A DNA stretch of 64,000 nt from Rebecca billardiae RCC1528 (taxonomy: Eukaryota; Protista; Haptophyta), in assembly GCA_965240325.2 (NCBI GenBank), contig OZ251245.1, positions 1 through 64,000 on the forward strand, given 5' to 3'. Shown in pieces: positions 32,801 to 46,548 of the stretch; the first letter of the stretch is position 1, and every line of letters begins with the position of its first letter. Below the pieces are notes generated by a model, which saw nothing but the letters and a program-made list of their open reading frames with translations, was not told the DNA's origin and made no database searches. Made by a program: the position numbers and the translations under genes.

Positions 32801-35800
32801 GCGGCCGAGTGAGACTCGGCGCGGCGGGAGCGCGCGCACCTGGAGGCGGGCGTTCAAAAGACACAGCGCGAGACCGGCGCCGTCCGCCGCCGCGAGGCGC
32901 TGCTGCGCGTGCAGCAGCGCGCGCCGCTCGGCTGCACCCGCTCGGCTGCCACTCGGCTGCACTCGGCAGCACGCGCCGCGCGCCACGCGCCGCGCGCCGA
33001 GCTCGAGCGCCGCGCGGCCGAGTGAGACTCGGCGCGGCGGGAGCGCGCGCACCTGAACGCGGGCGCTCAAAAGACACAGCGCGAGGCCGGCACCGTCCGC
33101 CGCCGCGAGGCGCTGCTGCGCGTGCAGCAGCGCGCGCCGCTCGGCTGCACCCGCTCGGCTGCCACTCGGCTGCACTCGGCAGCAGCTGCGGCGCGCCACG
33201 CGCCGCGCGCCGAGCTCGAGCGCGGAGCGGCCGAGTGAGACTCGGCGCGGCGGGAGCGCGCGCACCTGGAGGCGGGCGTTCAAAAGACACAGCGCGAGAT
33301 TCGCGCCGTCCGCCGCCGCGAGGCGCTGCTGCGCGTGCAGCAGCGCGCGCCGCTCGGCTGCACCCGCTCGGCTGCCACTCGGCTGCACTCGGCAGCAGAC
33401 GTGGCCGCCGCGCGCCGCGCGCCGAGCTCGAGCGCCGAGCGGCCGAGTGAGACTCGGCGCGGCGGGAGCGCGCGCGACTGAACGCGGGCGTTCAAAAGAC
33501 ACGGCGCGAGACCGGCGCCGTCCGCCGCCGCGAGGCGCTGCTGCGCGTGCAGCAGCGCGGCGCGCGCCGCTCGGCCGCACTCGGCTGCCACTCGGCTGCA
33601 CTCGGCAGCAGCTGCGGCGCGCCACGCGCCACGCGCCGAGCTCGAGCGCCGCGCGGCCGAGTGAGACTCGGCGCGGCGGGAGCGCGCGCACCTGAACGCG
33701 GGCGTTCAAAAGACACAGCGCGAGACCGGCAACGTCCGCCGCCGCGAGGCGCTGCTGCGCGTGCAGCAGCGCGCGCCGCTCGGCTGCACCCGCTCGGCTG
33801 CCACTCGGCTGCACTCGGCAGCAGCTGCGGCGCGCCACGCGCCGCGCGCCGAGCTCGAGCGCCGCGCGGCCGAGTGAGACTCCGCGCGGCGGGGGCGCGC
33901 GCACCTGGAGGCGGGCGTTCAAAAGACACAGCGCGAGACCGGCACCGTCCGTCGCCGCGAGGCGCTGCTGCGCGTGCAGCAGCGCGGCGCGCGCCGCTCG
34001 GCCGCACTCGGCTGCAACTCGGCTGCACTCGGCAGCAGCTGCGGCGCGCCACGCGCCGCGCGCCGAGCTCGAGCGCCGAGCGGCCGAGTGAGACTCGGCG
34101 CGGCGGGAGCGCGCGCACCTGGAGGCGGGCGTTCAAAAGACACAGCGCGAGACCGGCGCCGTCCGCCGCCGCGAGGCGCTGCTGCGCGTGCAGCAGCGCG
34201 CGCCGCTCGGCTGCACCCGCTCGGCTGCCACTCGGCTGCACTCGGCAGCAGCTGCGGCGCGCCACGCGCCGCGCGCCGAGCTCGAGCGCCGCGCGGCCGA
34301 GTGAGACTCGGCGCGGCGGGAGCGCGCGCACCTGAACGCGGGCGTTCAAAAGACACAGCGCGAGACCGGCACCGTCCGCCGCCGCGAGGCGCTGCTGCGC
34401 GTGCAGCAGCGCGCGCCGCTCGGCTGCACCCGCTCGGCTGCCACTCGGCTGCACTCGGCAGCAGCTGCGGCGCGCCACGCGCCGCGCGCCGAGCTCGAGC
34501 GCCGCGCGGCCGAGTGAGACTCGGCGCGGCGGGAGCGCGCGCACCTGAACGCGGGCGTTCAAAAGACACAGCGCGAGACCGGCACCGTCCGCCGCCGCGA
34601 GGCGCTGCTGCGCGTGCAGCAGCGCGCGCCGCTCGGCTGCACCCGCTCGGCTGCCACTCGGCTGCACTCGGCAGCAGACGTGGCCGCCGCGCGCCGCGCG
34701 CCGAGCTCGAGCGCCGCGCGGCCGAGTGAGACTCGGCGCGGCGGGAGCGCGCGCACCTGAACGCGGGCGCTCAAAAGACACAGCGCGAGACCGGCACCGT
34801 CCGCCGCCGCGAGGCGCTGCTGCGCGTGCAGCAGCGCGCGCCGCTCGGCTGCACCCGCTCGGCTGCCACTCGGCTGCACTCGGCAGCAGCTGCGGCGCGC
34901 CGCGCGCCGCGCGCCGAGCTCGAGCGCCGCGCGGCCGAGTGAGACTCGGCGCGGCGGGAGCGCGCGCACCTGGAGGCGGGCGTTCAAAAGACACAGCGCG
35001 AGACCGGCACCGTCCGCCGCCGCGAGGCGCTGCTGCGCGTGCAGCAGCGCGGCGCGCGCCGCTCGGCCGCACTCGGCTGCCACTCGGCTGCACTCGGCAG
35101 CAGCTGCGGCGCGCCGCGCGCCGCGCGCCGAGCTCGAGCGCCGCGCGGCCGAGTGAGACTCGGCGCGGCGGGAGCGCGCGCACCTGAACGCGGGCGCTCA
35201 AAAGACACAGCGCGAGACCGGCACCGTCCGCCGCCGCGAGGCGCTGCTGCGCGTGCAGGCCGCTCGGCTGCACCCGCTCGGCTGCCACTCGGCTGCACTC
35301 GGCAGCAGCTGCGGCGCGCCGCGCGCCGCGCGCCGAGCTCGAGCGCCGCGCGGCCGAGTGAGACTCGGCGCGGCGGGAGCGCGCGCACCTGAACGCGGGC
35401 GTTCAAAAGACACAGCGCGAGACCGGCACCGTCCGCCGCCGCGAGGCGCTGCTGCGCGTGCAGCAGCGCGCGCCGCTCGGCTGCACCCGCTCGGCTGCCA
35501 CTCGGCTGCACTCGGCAGCAGCTGCGGCGCGCCGCGCGCCGCGCGCCGAGCTCGAGCGCCGCGCGGCCGAGTGAGACTCGGCGCGGCGGGAGCGCGCGCG
35601 TCTGAACGCGGGCGTTCAAAAGACACAGCGCGAGACCGGCACCGTCCGCCGCCGCGAGGCGCTGCTGCGCGTGCAGCAGCGCGCGCCGCTCGGCTGCACC
35701 CGCTCGGCTGCCACTCGGCTGCACTCGGCAGCAGCTGCGGCGCGCCGCGCGCCGCGCGCCGAGCTCGAGCGCCGCGCGGCCGAGTGAGACTCCGCGCGGC

Positions 35801-38800
35801 GGGAGCGCGCGCGTCTGAACGCGGGCGTTCAAAAGACACAGCGCGAGACCGGCACCGTCCGCCGCCGCGAGGCGCTGCTGCGCGTGCAGGCCGCTCGGCT
35901 GCACCCGCTCGGCTGCCACTCGGCTGCACTCGGCAGCAGCTGCGGCCGCCGCGCGCCGCGCGCCGAGCTCGAGCGCCGCGCGGCCGAGTGAGACTCGGCG
36001 CGGCGGGAGCGCGCGCGTCTGAACGCGGGCGTTCAAAAGACACAGCGCGAGACCGGCACCGTCCGCCGCCGCGAGGCGCTGCTGCGCGTGCAGCAGCGCG
36101 CGCCGCTCGGCTGCACCCGCTCGGCTGCCACTCGGCTGCACTCGGCAGCAGCTGCGGCCGCCGCGCGCCGCGCGCCGAGCTCGAGCGCCGCGCGGCCGAG
36201 TGAGACTCGGCGCGGCGGGAGCGCGCGCACCTGAACGCGGGCGCTCAAAAGACACAGCGCGAGACCGGCACCGTCCGCCGCCGCGAGGCGCTGCTGCGCG
36301 TGCAGGCCGCTCGGCTGCACCCGCTCGGCTGCCACTCGGCTGCACTCGGCAGCAGCTGCGGCGCGCCGCGCGCCGCGCGCCGAGCTCGAGCGCCGCGCGG
36401 CCGAGTGAGACTCGGCGCGGCGGGAGCGCGCGCACCTGAACGCGGGCGCTCAAAAGACACAGCGCGAGACCGGCACCGTCCGCCGCCGCGAGGCGCTGCT
36501 GCGCGTGCAGCAGCGCGCGCCGCTCGGCTGCACCCGCTCGGCTGCCACTCGGCTGCACTCGGCAGCAGCTGCGGCGCGCCACGCGCCGCGCGCCGAGCTC
36601 GAGCGCCGAGCAGCCGAGTGAGACTCGGCGCGGCGGGAGCGCGCGCACCTGAACGCGGGCGTTCAAAAGACACAGCGCGAGACCGGCACCGTCCGCCGCC
36701 GCGAGGCGCTGCTGCGCGTGCAGCAGCGCGCGCCGCTCGGCTGCACCCGCTCGGCTGCCACTCGGCTGCACTCGGCAGCAGCTGCGGCGCGCCGCGCGCC
36801 GCGCGCCGAGCTCGAGCGCCGCGCGGCCGAGTGAGACTCCGCGCGGCGGGAGCGCGCGCACCTGAACGCGGGCGTTCAAAAGACACGGCGCGAGACCGGC
36901 ACCGTCCGCCGCCGCGAGGCGCTGCTGCGCGTGCAGCAGCGCGCGCCGCTCGGCTGCACCCGCTCGGCTGCCACTCGGCTGCACTCGGCAGCAGCTGCGG
37001 CGCGCCGCGCGCCGCGCGCCGAGCTCGAGCGCCGCGCGGCCGAGTGAGACTCCGCGCGGCGGGAGCGCGCGCACCTGAACGCGGGCGTTCAAAAGACACG
37101 GCGCGAGACCGGCACCGTCCGCCGCCGCGAGGCGCTGCTGCGCGTGCAGCAGCGCGCGCCGCTCGGCTGCACCCGCTCGGCTGCCACTCGGCTGCACTCG
37201 GCAGCAGCTGCGGCGCGCCGCGCGCCGCGCGCCGAGCTCGAGCGCCGCGCGGCCGAGTGAGACTCGGCGCGGCGGGAGCGCGCGCACCTGAACGCGGGCG
37301 CTCAAAAGACACAGCGCGAGACCGGCACCGTCCGCCGCCGCGAGGCGCTGCTGCGCGTGCAGCAGCGCGCGCCGCTCGGCTGCACCCGCTCGGCTGCCAC
37401 TCGGCTGCACTCGGCAGCAGCTGCGGCGCGCCACGCGCCGCGCGCCGAGCTCGAGCGCCGCGCGGCCGAGTGAGACTCGGCGCGGCGGGAGCGCGCGCGT
37501 CTGAACGCGGGCGCTCAAAAGACACAGCGCGAGACCGGCACCGTCCGCCGCCGCGAGGCGCTGCTGCGCGTGCAGCAGCGCGCGCCGCTCGGCTGCACCC
37601 GCTCGGCTGCCACTCGGCTGCACTCGGCAGCAGCTGCGGCGCGCCGCGCGCCGCGCGCCGAGCTCGAGCGCCGAGCGGCCGAGTGAGACTCCGCGCGGCG
37701 GGAGCGCGCGCGTCTGAACGCGGGCGTTCAAAAGACACAGCGCGAGACCGGCACCGTCCGCCGCCGCGAGGCGCTGCTGCGCGTGCAGGCCGCTCGGCTG
37801 CACCCGCTCGGCTGCCACTCGGCTGCACTCGGCAGCAGCTGCGGCCGCCGCGCGCCGCGCGCCGAGCTCGAGCGCCGCGCGGCCGAGTGAGACTCGGCGC
37901 GGCGGGAGCGCGCGCGACTGAACGCGGGCGTTCAAAAGACACGGCGCGAGACCGGCGCCGTCCGCCGCCGCGAGGCGCTGCTGCGCGTGCAGCAGCGCGG
38001 CGCGCGCCGCTCGGCCGCACTCGGCTGCCACTCGGCTGCACTCGGCAGCAGCTGCGGCGCGCCGCGCGCCGCGCGCCGAGCTCGAGCGCCGCGCGGCCGA
38101 GTGAGACTCGGCGCGGCGGGAGCGCGCGCACCTGGAGGCGGGCGTTCAAAAGACACAGCGCGAGACCGGCACCGTCCGCCGCCGCGAGGCGCTGCTGCGC
38201 GTGCAGCAGCGCGGCGCGCGCCGCTCGGCCGCACTCGGCTGCCACTCGGCTGCACTCGGCAGCAGCTGCGGCGCGCCGCGCGCCGCGCGCCGAGCTCGAG
38301 CGCCGCGCGGCCGAGTGAGACTCGGCGCGGCGGGAGCGCGCGCACCTGAACGCGGGCGTTCAAAAGACACAGCGCGAGACCGGCACCGTCCGCCGCCGCG
38401 AGGCGCTGCTGCGCGTGCAGCAGCGCGCGCCGCTCGGCTGCACCCGCTCGGCTGCCACTCGGCTGCACTCGGCAGCAGCTGCGGCGCGCCACGCGCCGCG
38501 CGCCGAGCTCGAGCGCCGCGCGGCCGAGTGAGACTCGGCGCGGCGGGAGCGCGCGCACCTGAACGCGGGCGCTCAAAAGACACAGCGCGAGACCGGCGCC
38601 GTCCGCCGCCGCGAGGCGCTGCTGCGCGTGCAGCAGCGCGGCGCGCGCAGCTCGGCCGCACTCGGCTGCCACTCGGCTGCACTCGGCAGCAGCTGCGGCG
38701 CGCCGCGCGCCGCGCGCCGAGCTCGAGCGCCGCTCGGCCGAGTGAGACTCGGCGCGGCGGGAGCGCGCGCACCTGCAGGCGGGCGTTCAAAAGACACGGC

Positions 38801-38885
38801 GCGAGACCGGCACAGTCCGCCGCCGCGAGGCGCCGCTGCGCGTGCAGCAGCGCGCGCCGCTCGGCTGCACCCGCTCGGCTGCCCT
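29865..38885. repeat. Satellite B, GC-rich hairpin-containing ~202-214-bp monomers (mostly 213), ~43 copies
   Basis: The landmark CAAAAGACAC occurs about 43 times from ~29935 to ~38790. Confidence 0.97.
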
Positions 38886-40029
38886 CGGCGGCAGGGCGCG
38901 CGCCGGGCGCGCGCACACGCCCAGTCTGAGCGCGGCGCGGCCGCGGCAGCCTCGGCGCGGCAGCGGCACGCGCGGTTGGACGAGCGGGTCCGATTCCAGC
39001 GCTGCGAGACGCACGTCAGCGGCCGCCCTGATGCTGTGCTCGAGGCGGCGCGTGCACGCTCGGCGAGCCGACGCACGCCATCTCGCCCCGCGCCGACCGG
39101 CGGCGGGCGCAGCCGCGACCGCACTGGGCGACACGGCTGCGCGTGCGGCCGCGCGCGCAGCCGCGCGCGACCGCACAGCCGCAGGCGCGCACCCTCCGCC
39201 GCCCTCCGCCGCCGCGGCCCGCCGGAGCGAGCACAGCGGCGGCGCGCGGCCGCGGCCCGCAGCCCGTGGCCCCTGCTCGGCAGCTGGGCGCGGCAGCGGG
39301 CGCGCCCCACCCCGGCCTCGCGCGAGAGCAGCGGCGATGCGTTGGGGTGCGCGGCGGTGCGTTGCGCCGCGGAGTGGGCGCGTTGGCCGCTCCGGGCCCG
39401 CACCGGGCGCACGCACCGGGCAAGCACTCGAACGCACTCGAGCCGGCGCGAGCTTCGACGCGCGGCCGCAGCCGGCACATCACAGGGGGCCAGTGCGCGC
39501 GAGCAGCGCTGCATTCAGCAGTTGCCGCTCACCGGGGTCAGGTTGGACGAGGTGGAAGATGGGGGGCCGGGGCGGGGCCAGCTTCAAACGGTGCGAGGCG
39601 CTCGGACGGCAGTGGGGTGCCATGCGCGCGTCGCCCCCGGCGCGCGGCCGCGCCGCCGTCCGACGCCCAACGCAGCCTCGGAGAGCCGCCACGCCGCGCA
39701 GCGGCATGCGCGTCGCAGAGCGTGCGTGCAGTCGCGGGCAAGAGGACAGTCCAAGCGCGCAGCACGCACCCCGCGCGAAACCGCAGTGCTCAGGCTGCTG
39801 CTCGTCGGCGCGAGCCTCGCCTGCCAGGCCGCTGCCGGCCCGAGCCGCGAAGCCCGGCGGTCGCGAGCCGCTACGCGGCGCGCAGCCACGCCTGCGCCGA
39901 GGCAGTGAGCGCGCACGCGCGCGTAGCGGACGAGGAGCACGCATACGCGCGTGCGCGCGTGGCTGACCCGCCGGCACCTCCCGCCGTTGCGCCCGTCTGC
40001 AAAGCGAGACCCACCCCGCGGAGAACTCG

Positions 40030-42680
40030 GGCTGCCATGCTGATTTCTGCAAGCGACGGAATTCGGGAGCGCGAGGGAAAAAAGCACCGCCCGGCGACCC
40101 CCGCAAAAAAAACCAGCCCTCGGCAAGCATGGCGGCCGTCCTTCCGCCTCGGCGTTCGCGGGGTCAAGGCGGACGTGTGCTGTCCGGCGCGCACGCACGC
40201 CGACTCAGCGCGACTCAGCGGTGCGAGAGAGGGGCCACGCGTCGCCGAGCACCATGCGCTCGGTGCACCCCCTCCGGCTCGCACCGCCCCACCCGCGGCC
40301 CTTGCGACTGCGCCCCCGACGCGAGCGCACTGCCCGCTCGCTCGGCCCGCGCTGAAAGCAAACGCTGCCGGCTGCGCGCGGCCGCGCGAGCGCACGGCCG
40401 AGCGGCCGAGCGCGCTTGCTGGGGGGGTGCACTCGCGTCTCCGCCACTCGCACGCACGACGCCGCGCAGTGCGTGGTGCCCGCCAGCCACGCGTGAACAG
40501 CTGCCAAGTCTGCGCGCAGAGCTCGGCCGCGGCGCGCGCGCGGCTGTTGAAAATGAAGGCTGCGCGACTCCGGCTCACCACCGCCGACCCGCGGTGATCA
40601 TGGGCGCCGGGGTGTGCGCTCGTCTCGACCGCCACGCACCACGGCAAGGGACGGCCGCTCCCTCGAAGCGAGGCGCGTGTGCTAGCGTGCGCAGCGCGCC
40701 TGCGCGGCCGTGATGGCGCACACCAGAGGCAGCTCGGACGAGGTGGAGGATGGGGGGGCGGGGGCGGGGGCAGGCTGGGCTGGTGTGTTGCGCCAGCCAC
40801 GACCGCTGCTCGCCGCCGCGATGGTCGCGCTCGACAGTGCATCGACAGTGCTCGTCTCGGCCGCCGCTGCAAGCCGAGCCCGCTCCTTCGACGCGAGGCG
40901 CGCGCGCACCCAGCCGCACCGCAGTGGGACGGCCGTGCGCAGATGAGCTGGCGCTCGCGCGCGATGAGGAGCGCCCGCCGCGCTCACTACGCGGCCCACC
41001 AGGCGCAGGCTTGACGGAGGGTAAGATGGGGGGCCGGGGCGGGGGCAGCATCGATCGGTGCGAGGCGCTGGGCCGGCTGCTGCGCTCCACATCCGCAGCG
41101 CCCGGCCGCGCGGCCCGCCTCTCCGGTGCGGCCCAGCCAGCAGCGCTCGGCGGTAGCTGCCACCGAGCAGCAGCACCCGGCAGGCGCCGCCGCGCGCGCC
41201 GCGCGATCTGCTCGGGCGCGGAGCGGCAGCCTCGGCGCCGCAGGAGCGTGCGCGGTGGGGCGCACACACGGCCCACCGCGCAAGAGCCGCGCAATTGGCA
41301 GCCGTGAAGCGCCGCTCGGCGCGGCAGCCCTTCTGCACGCTGTGATGCCCTCGCGGGCGTGGCCCGTTCACCCACCAATTCGGCCATCCAAGGGGCCAGA
41401 TTGCCCGCGCACAGCCATGCTGTGCTGCGCCACGCGAAGCGCAACAGCACCTAGCCAGCCACAACGGCGCAAGCCAGCTGCAGGTTTAGCAGAGACCTCT
41501 CTCGGCTGCAGTTGCTGAGTGGTCCGCGGGACACTCGCAGGCCGCGCTGCGACAGAGACCAATTAGGCGGCGGGCGCGGGCGCGGGCGGTGGGCTGCTGA
41601 CTCGACGATGTGCGCCCGACGCAGCCAAGGCTCGTCGATAGACGCCCGCCATCGCCGCCTGCCTCCCCAAACCGCCCGGCGCGGCTATCGGACGGCCCGC
41701 GCCGCTCGCCGGAGGCAGGTCGGATGGCGAGTGTGAGACTGGGCTGGGACAGATACCCACCTTGGGCTCGTGCGAGGCGCAGGGGCGGATACGGCGCTCC
41801 ACGTACGCGCCTCCAGGCGCACGACCGCCTCGTCCGACGCGGGCTCGCGCCCATCTTGCGCCGCGGGATGCAGACTCGTGGGGAGAGGCCATGCTGATTC
41901 GCGCGCAGCCGCGACCAACGGTCGTCGGTGACGTCGCGAAAAAAAGATCCAACGCCGATATTCCAGGCGAGGGAATTCAGGGAAAAGTCAACTGGGCCTC
42001 GGAAGCCAGCATGGCGGCGCCGCTTCCCGGCCGTCCGCCGGAGGGCGGCTCTCGTGCGCGCACGGCGGCCCAGTGGTGCGCGAGAGGATCCACGCGCCGT
42101 CGAAGCACGCGCCTGGAGCGCCTCGGCCAGCTCACCACGTCCCACGCGCTGCCATCGCGACAGCGCGCGGCGGCGCGGGCGCACCGCCACTCCCCTCGCT
42201 CGGCCGCGCTGCCACGCAAACGCAGCCGGCCGCGCGCGGCCGCGCGGGTGCACTGCCGAGCGGTCGAGCGCGCGTGCTGGGGGGATGCACTCGCGTTTCC
42301 GTTGCTTGCACGACGCCGCACAGTGCGCGGTACCCGTCAGCAACGCGCGAACAGCTGCCAAGTCTGCGCAGAGCTTGGCCCGGCGGCGTGCGCGGCCGTC
42401 CAACATAGAGACTGCTCTTCTGCTGCTCGCCACTGCCGACCCGCGCTGACCGCGCTGGGGTTTGCTCGTCTCGGTCGCCACGTGCACGCGTCCCTGTAAG
42501 GGGCGGCCGCGCCTTCGACGTGAGGCGAGTGCGCGGCCAGCTGCATGCAGCAGCTCGGCCCGTAGGCCGCTCGCTGCCGTGATGGCGCGCACGGGAGGCA
42601 GCTTGGACGAGGTGGAAGATGGGGGCGCGGGGGCGGGGGCAGGCTGGGCCGCGGTGCGTTGCGCCAGCCACGGCCGCGAC
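40030..42680. repeat. Diverged direct duplication (~40030-40810 versus ~41885-42680)
   Basis: Colinear shared blocks GCCATGCTGATT, AGCATGGCGGC, TGCACTCGCGT, GAACAGCTGCCAAGTCTGCGC, GCCGTGATGGCGC and GGACGAGGTGGA at ~1.86-kb offset. Confidence 0.8.
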
Positions 42681-43763
42681 GCGCTCATGCCACGCGCCGC
42701 CGACCTAGCATGCGCTGCGGTCGCCCAGCTGGCTCGCTGCCCACCTGCCACGGGCGCGCTGCCATCAGCCTGCGGGCGGGCCTGCCATCGCGCCGCGCTT
42801 CAGCTAGCCAGTGCGATGCAGCCGAGTCGACACAGCGTCGGCGCTGCCGCGACAGGTCGAGCCTGCCGGGCGCGGGCAGCCCGCCGTGCTGGGGCGCGCG
42901 AGCACGCCGCGGGCCGCCACGCCTCGGTATATCTGATCAGCCCCGACGAGCCCCAGCCGAGCCGCACGGCGTCGATCTCAGACTCAGTAGGGGTGCGAGC
43001 GCGCTAGTGATGGCAGCGCCACTCTCTAGCTACGACTAGCAGTAGTCTAGTACGGTCTACTACTGCGCGGAACGGCTCCGCGCCGCACGGACGGCACGCT
43101 GGCAGCCGCCTCTTATATTGATAGTGATCATTGATACTGCCCTCGGTCACGGCTGCAGCAGCGCAGCCTGAGTCGTCCGGTCGATGCGGTCGAGTCTGAC
43201 GTACTACAGGAGCAGTCATCGATATATATGCGCGCATGCTGATGCGGCCAAGGCCCGCCAGCAGACGCCGCCGGGCCGAGTCATCGCGCTGATCCGCCGC
43301 GCCCCACCAGCCACCCCGACTGGCTGACGGGCAGACGCACGCCGTGGCGGTTACTGAGGGCGGCGCCTGCGCCGACTGCTGCTCACCGCCGCTTAGGCTA
43401 GAAATGGTCGCGCCCGCGTGGGCTCGTCTCGCCCGCCGCGGCAAGGCGCGCCCGCTCTCTCGACGTGAGGCGTGCACGCGACCAGCTGCACCACAGTGGG
43501 GCGGCTGTGCGCCGAGAGCGGGCGGACGCCCACGCGCAAGACCCGATGGTTGCCGCTCACCACGCGCGCCGGGCGCAGGTTGAACGAAGGGGGGCAAGAT
43601 GGGCGGCCGGGGCGGGGGCAGCTTCGACGCCGCCTCTCCGGCGCGGGCTTCGCGTCGGCACACTCGGCAGCACTCCGCAGCCGCGCTCAGCAGCAGCGCT
43701 CGGCCGCCGCCGCGCGCGCGCCGGCACGGCGTCCGTCCGGCGACGATGGACGATGGACGAGCG

Positions 43764-44557
43764 TCACGCCGGCGCGCGCGGCGCGGCGGCGAGCGCGGCC
43801 TGCGGCGGCGGGCGGCCGAGCTCGCGCCGCCTGTAGAAGAGGACGTACGCGTCCTTGCGCAGCTTGTTGCGCAGCGCGGAGCCGGCCGACAGGTCGGCGC
43901 GCGAGACGACGCCGTCGTTGAACATGTACCAGCGGCCGTCCTGCGCAGCGCACCGCGCGCGCCGAGACGGCGCGTGAGCGGCGTGAGCGGCGCGCGGCCT
44001 CGGGGAGCGCGCGCGCGCGCGCGCGCACCACGTGCGAGTTGCACAGCGCGGTGTAGTGGCCGTTGTGCAGCGTGCCCGTGTGGCAGCACGCCGCGTACAG
44101 GTCGTACAGCGGCGCGCCCCCGTCCGCCATGCGCGAGGGCGAGGTGGCCGCCAGCGCCTTGCCCACGTCCAGCCCTGCGAGCGGGAAGGACACGGCGCAG
44201 TCGAGCTTCTCGCGGCACACGTCCTGCGCGCACGCACGCGCGCAGAGGGGGGGCGGCTCAGGGGCGGGCAGGCGCGGGGGGGCGACGCGCACGCGCGACG
44301 ACGCGCGCGCGCGCACGGTGAAGGCGAAGCGCTTGAGGTGGAGGACGAGGACGGGCGGCAGCCGCCACACCGCCAGCCGCTTGTGCGCGCGCACGTGCGC
44401 CGCGCAGCCCGCGCAGTAGAAGCGCTCCGAGTCGTCGAGCACCTCCTCGCGGCAAAAGTCGCCGAGGCACGCGTCGAGCGTGGTCGCGTACTCGCCGCTG
44501 CCGCCCGCCGCCGCGCCCGCGCCGCCGCCGCCGCCCTTCGACTCGGCGCCGCCGCCC

Positions 44558-44599
<42 letters not shown>

Positions 44600-45198
44600 G
44601 CGCGGCCGGCGCGGCCGCGCATCGGCGACTTTGCGCGCTCGGCGGCCGCGCGGCGCGCCGGGCGCTCGGGCTTGGGCGGCAGCGGCAGCGAGAGGTCCTG
44701 GAACGGGTCGAAGCACGCGCTCGCGCGGCCGCACGCGCTGCACTCCACCATCGAGCGCAGCTGGCCGCAGAAGAGATCGATCAAGACGGACGAGGCGCGC
44801 GCGCAAAAGTTCTGCCAGTGCAGGGAGGCGAGCCACGCCTCGTCCAGCCCCGCCGTCTCGGGCGGGATCTCGTGCGGCAGCGGCGGCAGCGGCGGCGCGC
44901 CGCCGCCGCCGCCGCGCGCGCCCGAGCCACCGCCGCCGCCCTCCGCCGCGGCGGGCGCGCCCGCCGCCGCGTGCTGCTGCCGCTGCGCCGCCGCGTGCGC
45001 CGCCGCCGCGGCCGCGGTCGCCCTGTTGAGGTCCTCGTGCAGCCCGTCGAGCAGGAAGCGCAGGAACTCGTGCGCGTCGTGCTGCGCGTACCCGGTGAAG
45101 CGCGGCGCCCACATCCCCACCTCGCGCTTGAACGTGGCGGGCGAGACGTGCCGGCGCACGAGCGCGCCGTGCGCGTCCGACCCGCCGCCGCGGCCGTC

Positions 45199-45259
<61 letters not shown>

Positions 45260-45664
45260 CGCTGCAGCGCGAGCGACGAGGGCGCGGAGAAGGCGACGGC
45301 GGCGGCGGGGTACTCGGCGGCGAGCTGCGCGGCGCCGCCGTCCTCGCCGCGCGAGTCCGGCCCCTCCTCCTTCTCCCGCTCCTTGCCGCCGCCCTCCGCG
45401 CTCCACAGCGCGAGCAGCAGCGACGCAAACGCCTTGGCGAGCATGCCGCGCGACTTGGTGCGCGAGTTGACCTCGGAGCGGTGCGCGGCCGAGCCGAAGT
45501 AGTGCGTGAGCGGCGGGGTGTGCGAGAGGCACTGCAGCGTGGCGTTCATGAAGCACGTGTTGCCCAGGTTGGACAGCCCCACCAGCCCGTCCCCCAGCGC
45601 GCGCCGCAGCGGGATCACCACGTACACGCTGCTGCCGTCCGACCCACCGCCCGCGCCGTCGGCC

Positions 45665-45695
<31 letters not shown>

Positions 45696-46548
45696 CGGGC
45701 GGCGGCGGCGGCGGCACGCGCTGCAGCGGCGCGCGCGAGCCCACCGCCTCCGCCGCCGCGACCACCGCCGGCGTGCGCGCCGAGCTCGACTCGATCCACA
45801 TCGTGCCGCGCAGCGGGTCTTCGCCCCAGCCGCCGCCCAGCCCGCCGCCCGCGCCCGCGCCGCCGCCGCCCTCGGCGCCCGCGGACGCGGCGTCGGCGCC
45901 CGCGGCGCTCGCGGCGCGCGCCACGGCGGCGGCGAGCGCGGCGGCGGCGGCGGAGCGGTCGGCCGCCGCGCGCTCCGCCGCGCGGTCGCGCCGCCCAAAC
46001 AGCGCGTGGTAGCGGCCGCGCGGCGGCGCGGCCGCGACCGCCGCGTCGACCGGCGGCGGCGCCGCGGCCGCGGCCGCGGGCGCGGCGCCGCCGTCCGGCG
46101 GCGCGTCGGCGGCGGCGGGCGCGGCGGGCGCGGCGGGCAGCGGCGGCCGCGCGCGCCCGGCGGACGACGCGCGCTTGCGCGTCCCAAACTGCGTGAACAC
46201 CGAGCGGCGGTAGCCGGTGGCGCCGGCGGCGCGAGGCGGCGTGCGCGCGCGCGCGCCGTCGCCGCCGTCCGCGGCGGCGGCGGCGGCGGCGGCGGCGGCC
46301 TCGGCGAAGGCCTGCGTCGGGTCGGAGGCGGAGCGCCGGTGCCGCGGCCCGCGCGCAAACGACGGCAGCGAGCCCGCCCACTGCGACGGGCGCGCGCCGC
46401 CGCCGCGCGCCGCGGAGGGCGGCGCGGGCGGCGGCGCCTCGTCCGCCGCCGCCGCCGGCTCGGGCGGCGCGGCGGCGGCGGCGAGCGCGGGCGCGCGCGA
46501 GGGCGCGACGGCGCCCGACTCGCGCCCGCTGAGGATGAGCAGCGGCAT
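43764..46548 (-). CDS. Ubiquitin-specific protease (peptidase C19/UCH), with 2 introns
   Basis: Cys box GLSNLGNTCFMNATLQCL, QHDAHEFL, LPPVLVLHLKRF, His box HTGTLHNGHYTA, WYMFND, AYVLFY. Predicted GT-AG introns 44224-44316 and 43941-44028. Confidence 0.95.

Noticed and set aside
2859-38885. Tandem arrays as CRISPR-like loci
   Set aside because: There are no unique spacers and no cas genes; the monomers are repeated in full.
29691-39514. Very long Arg/Ala-rich ORFs of up to 1015 aa
   Set aside because: They result from a 213-bp (71-codon) GC-rich monomer; frames switch at length variants and are open on both strands.
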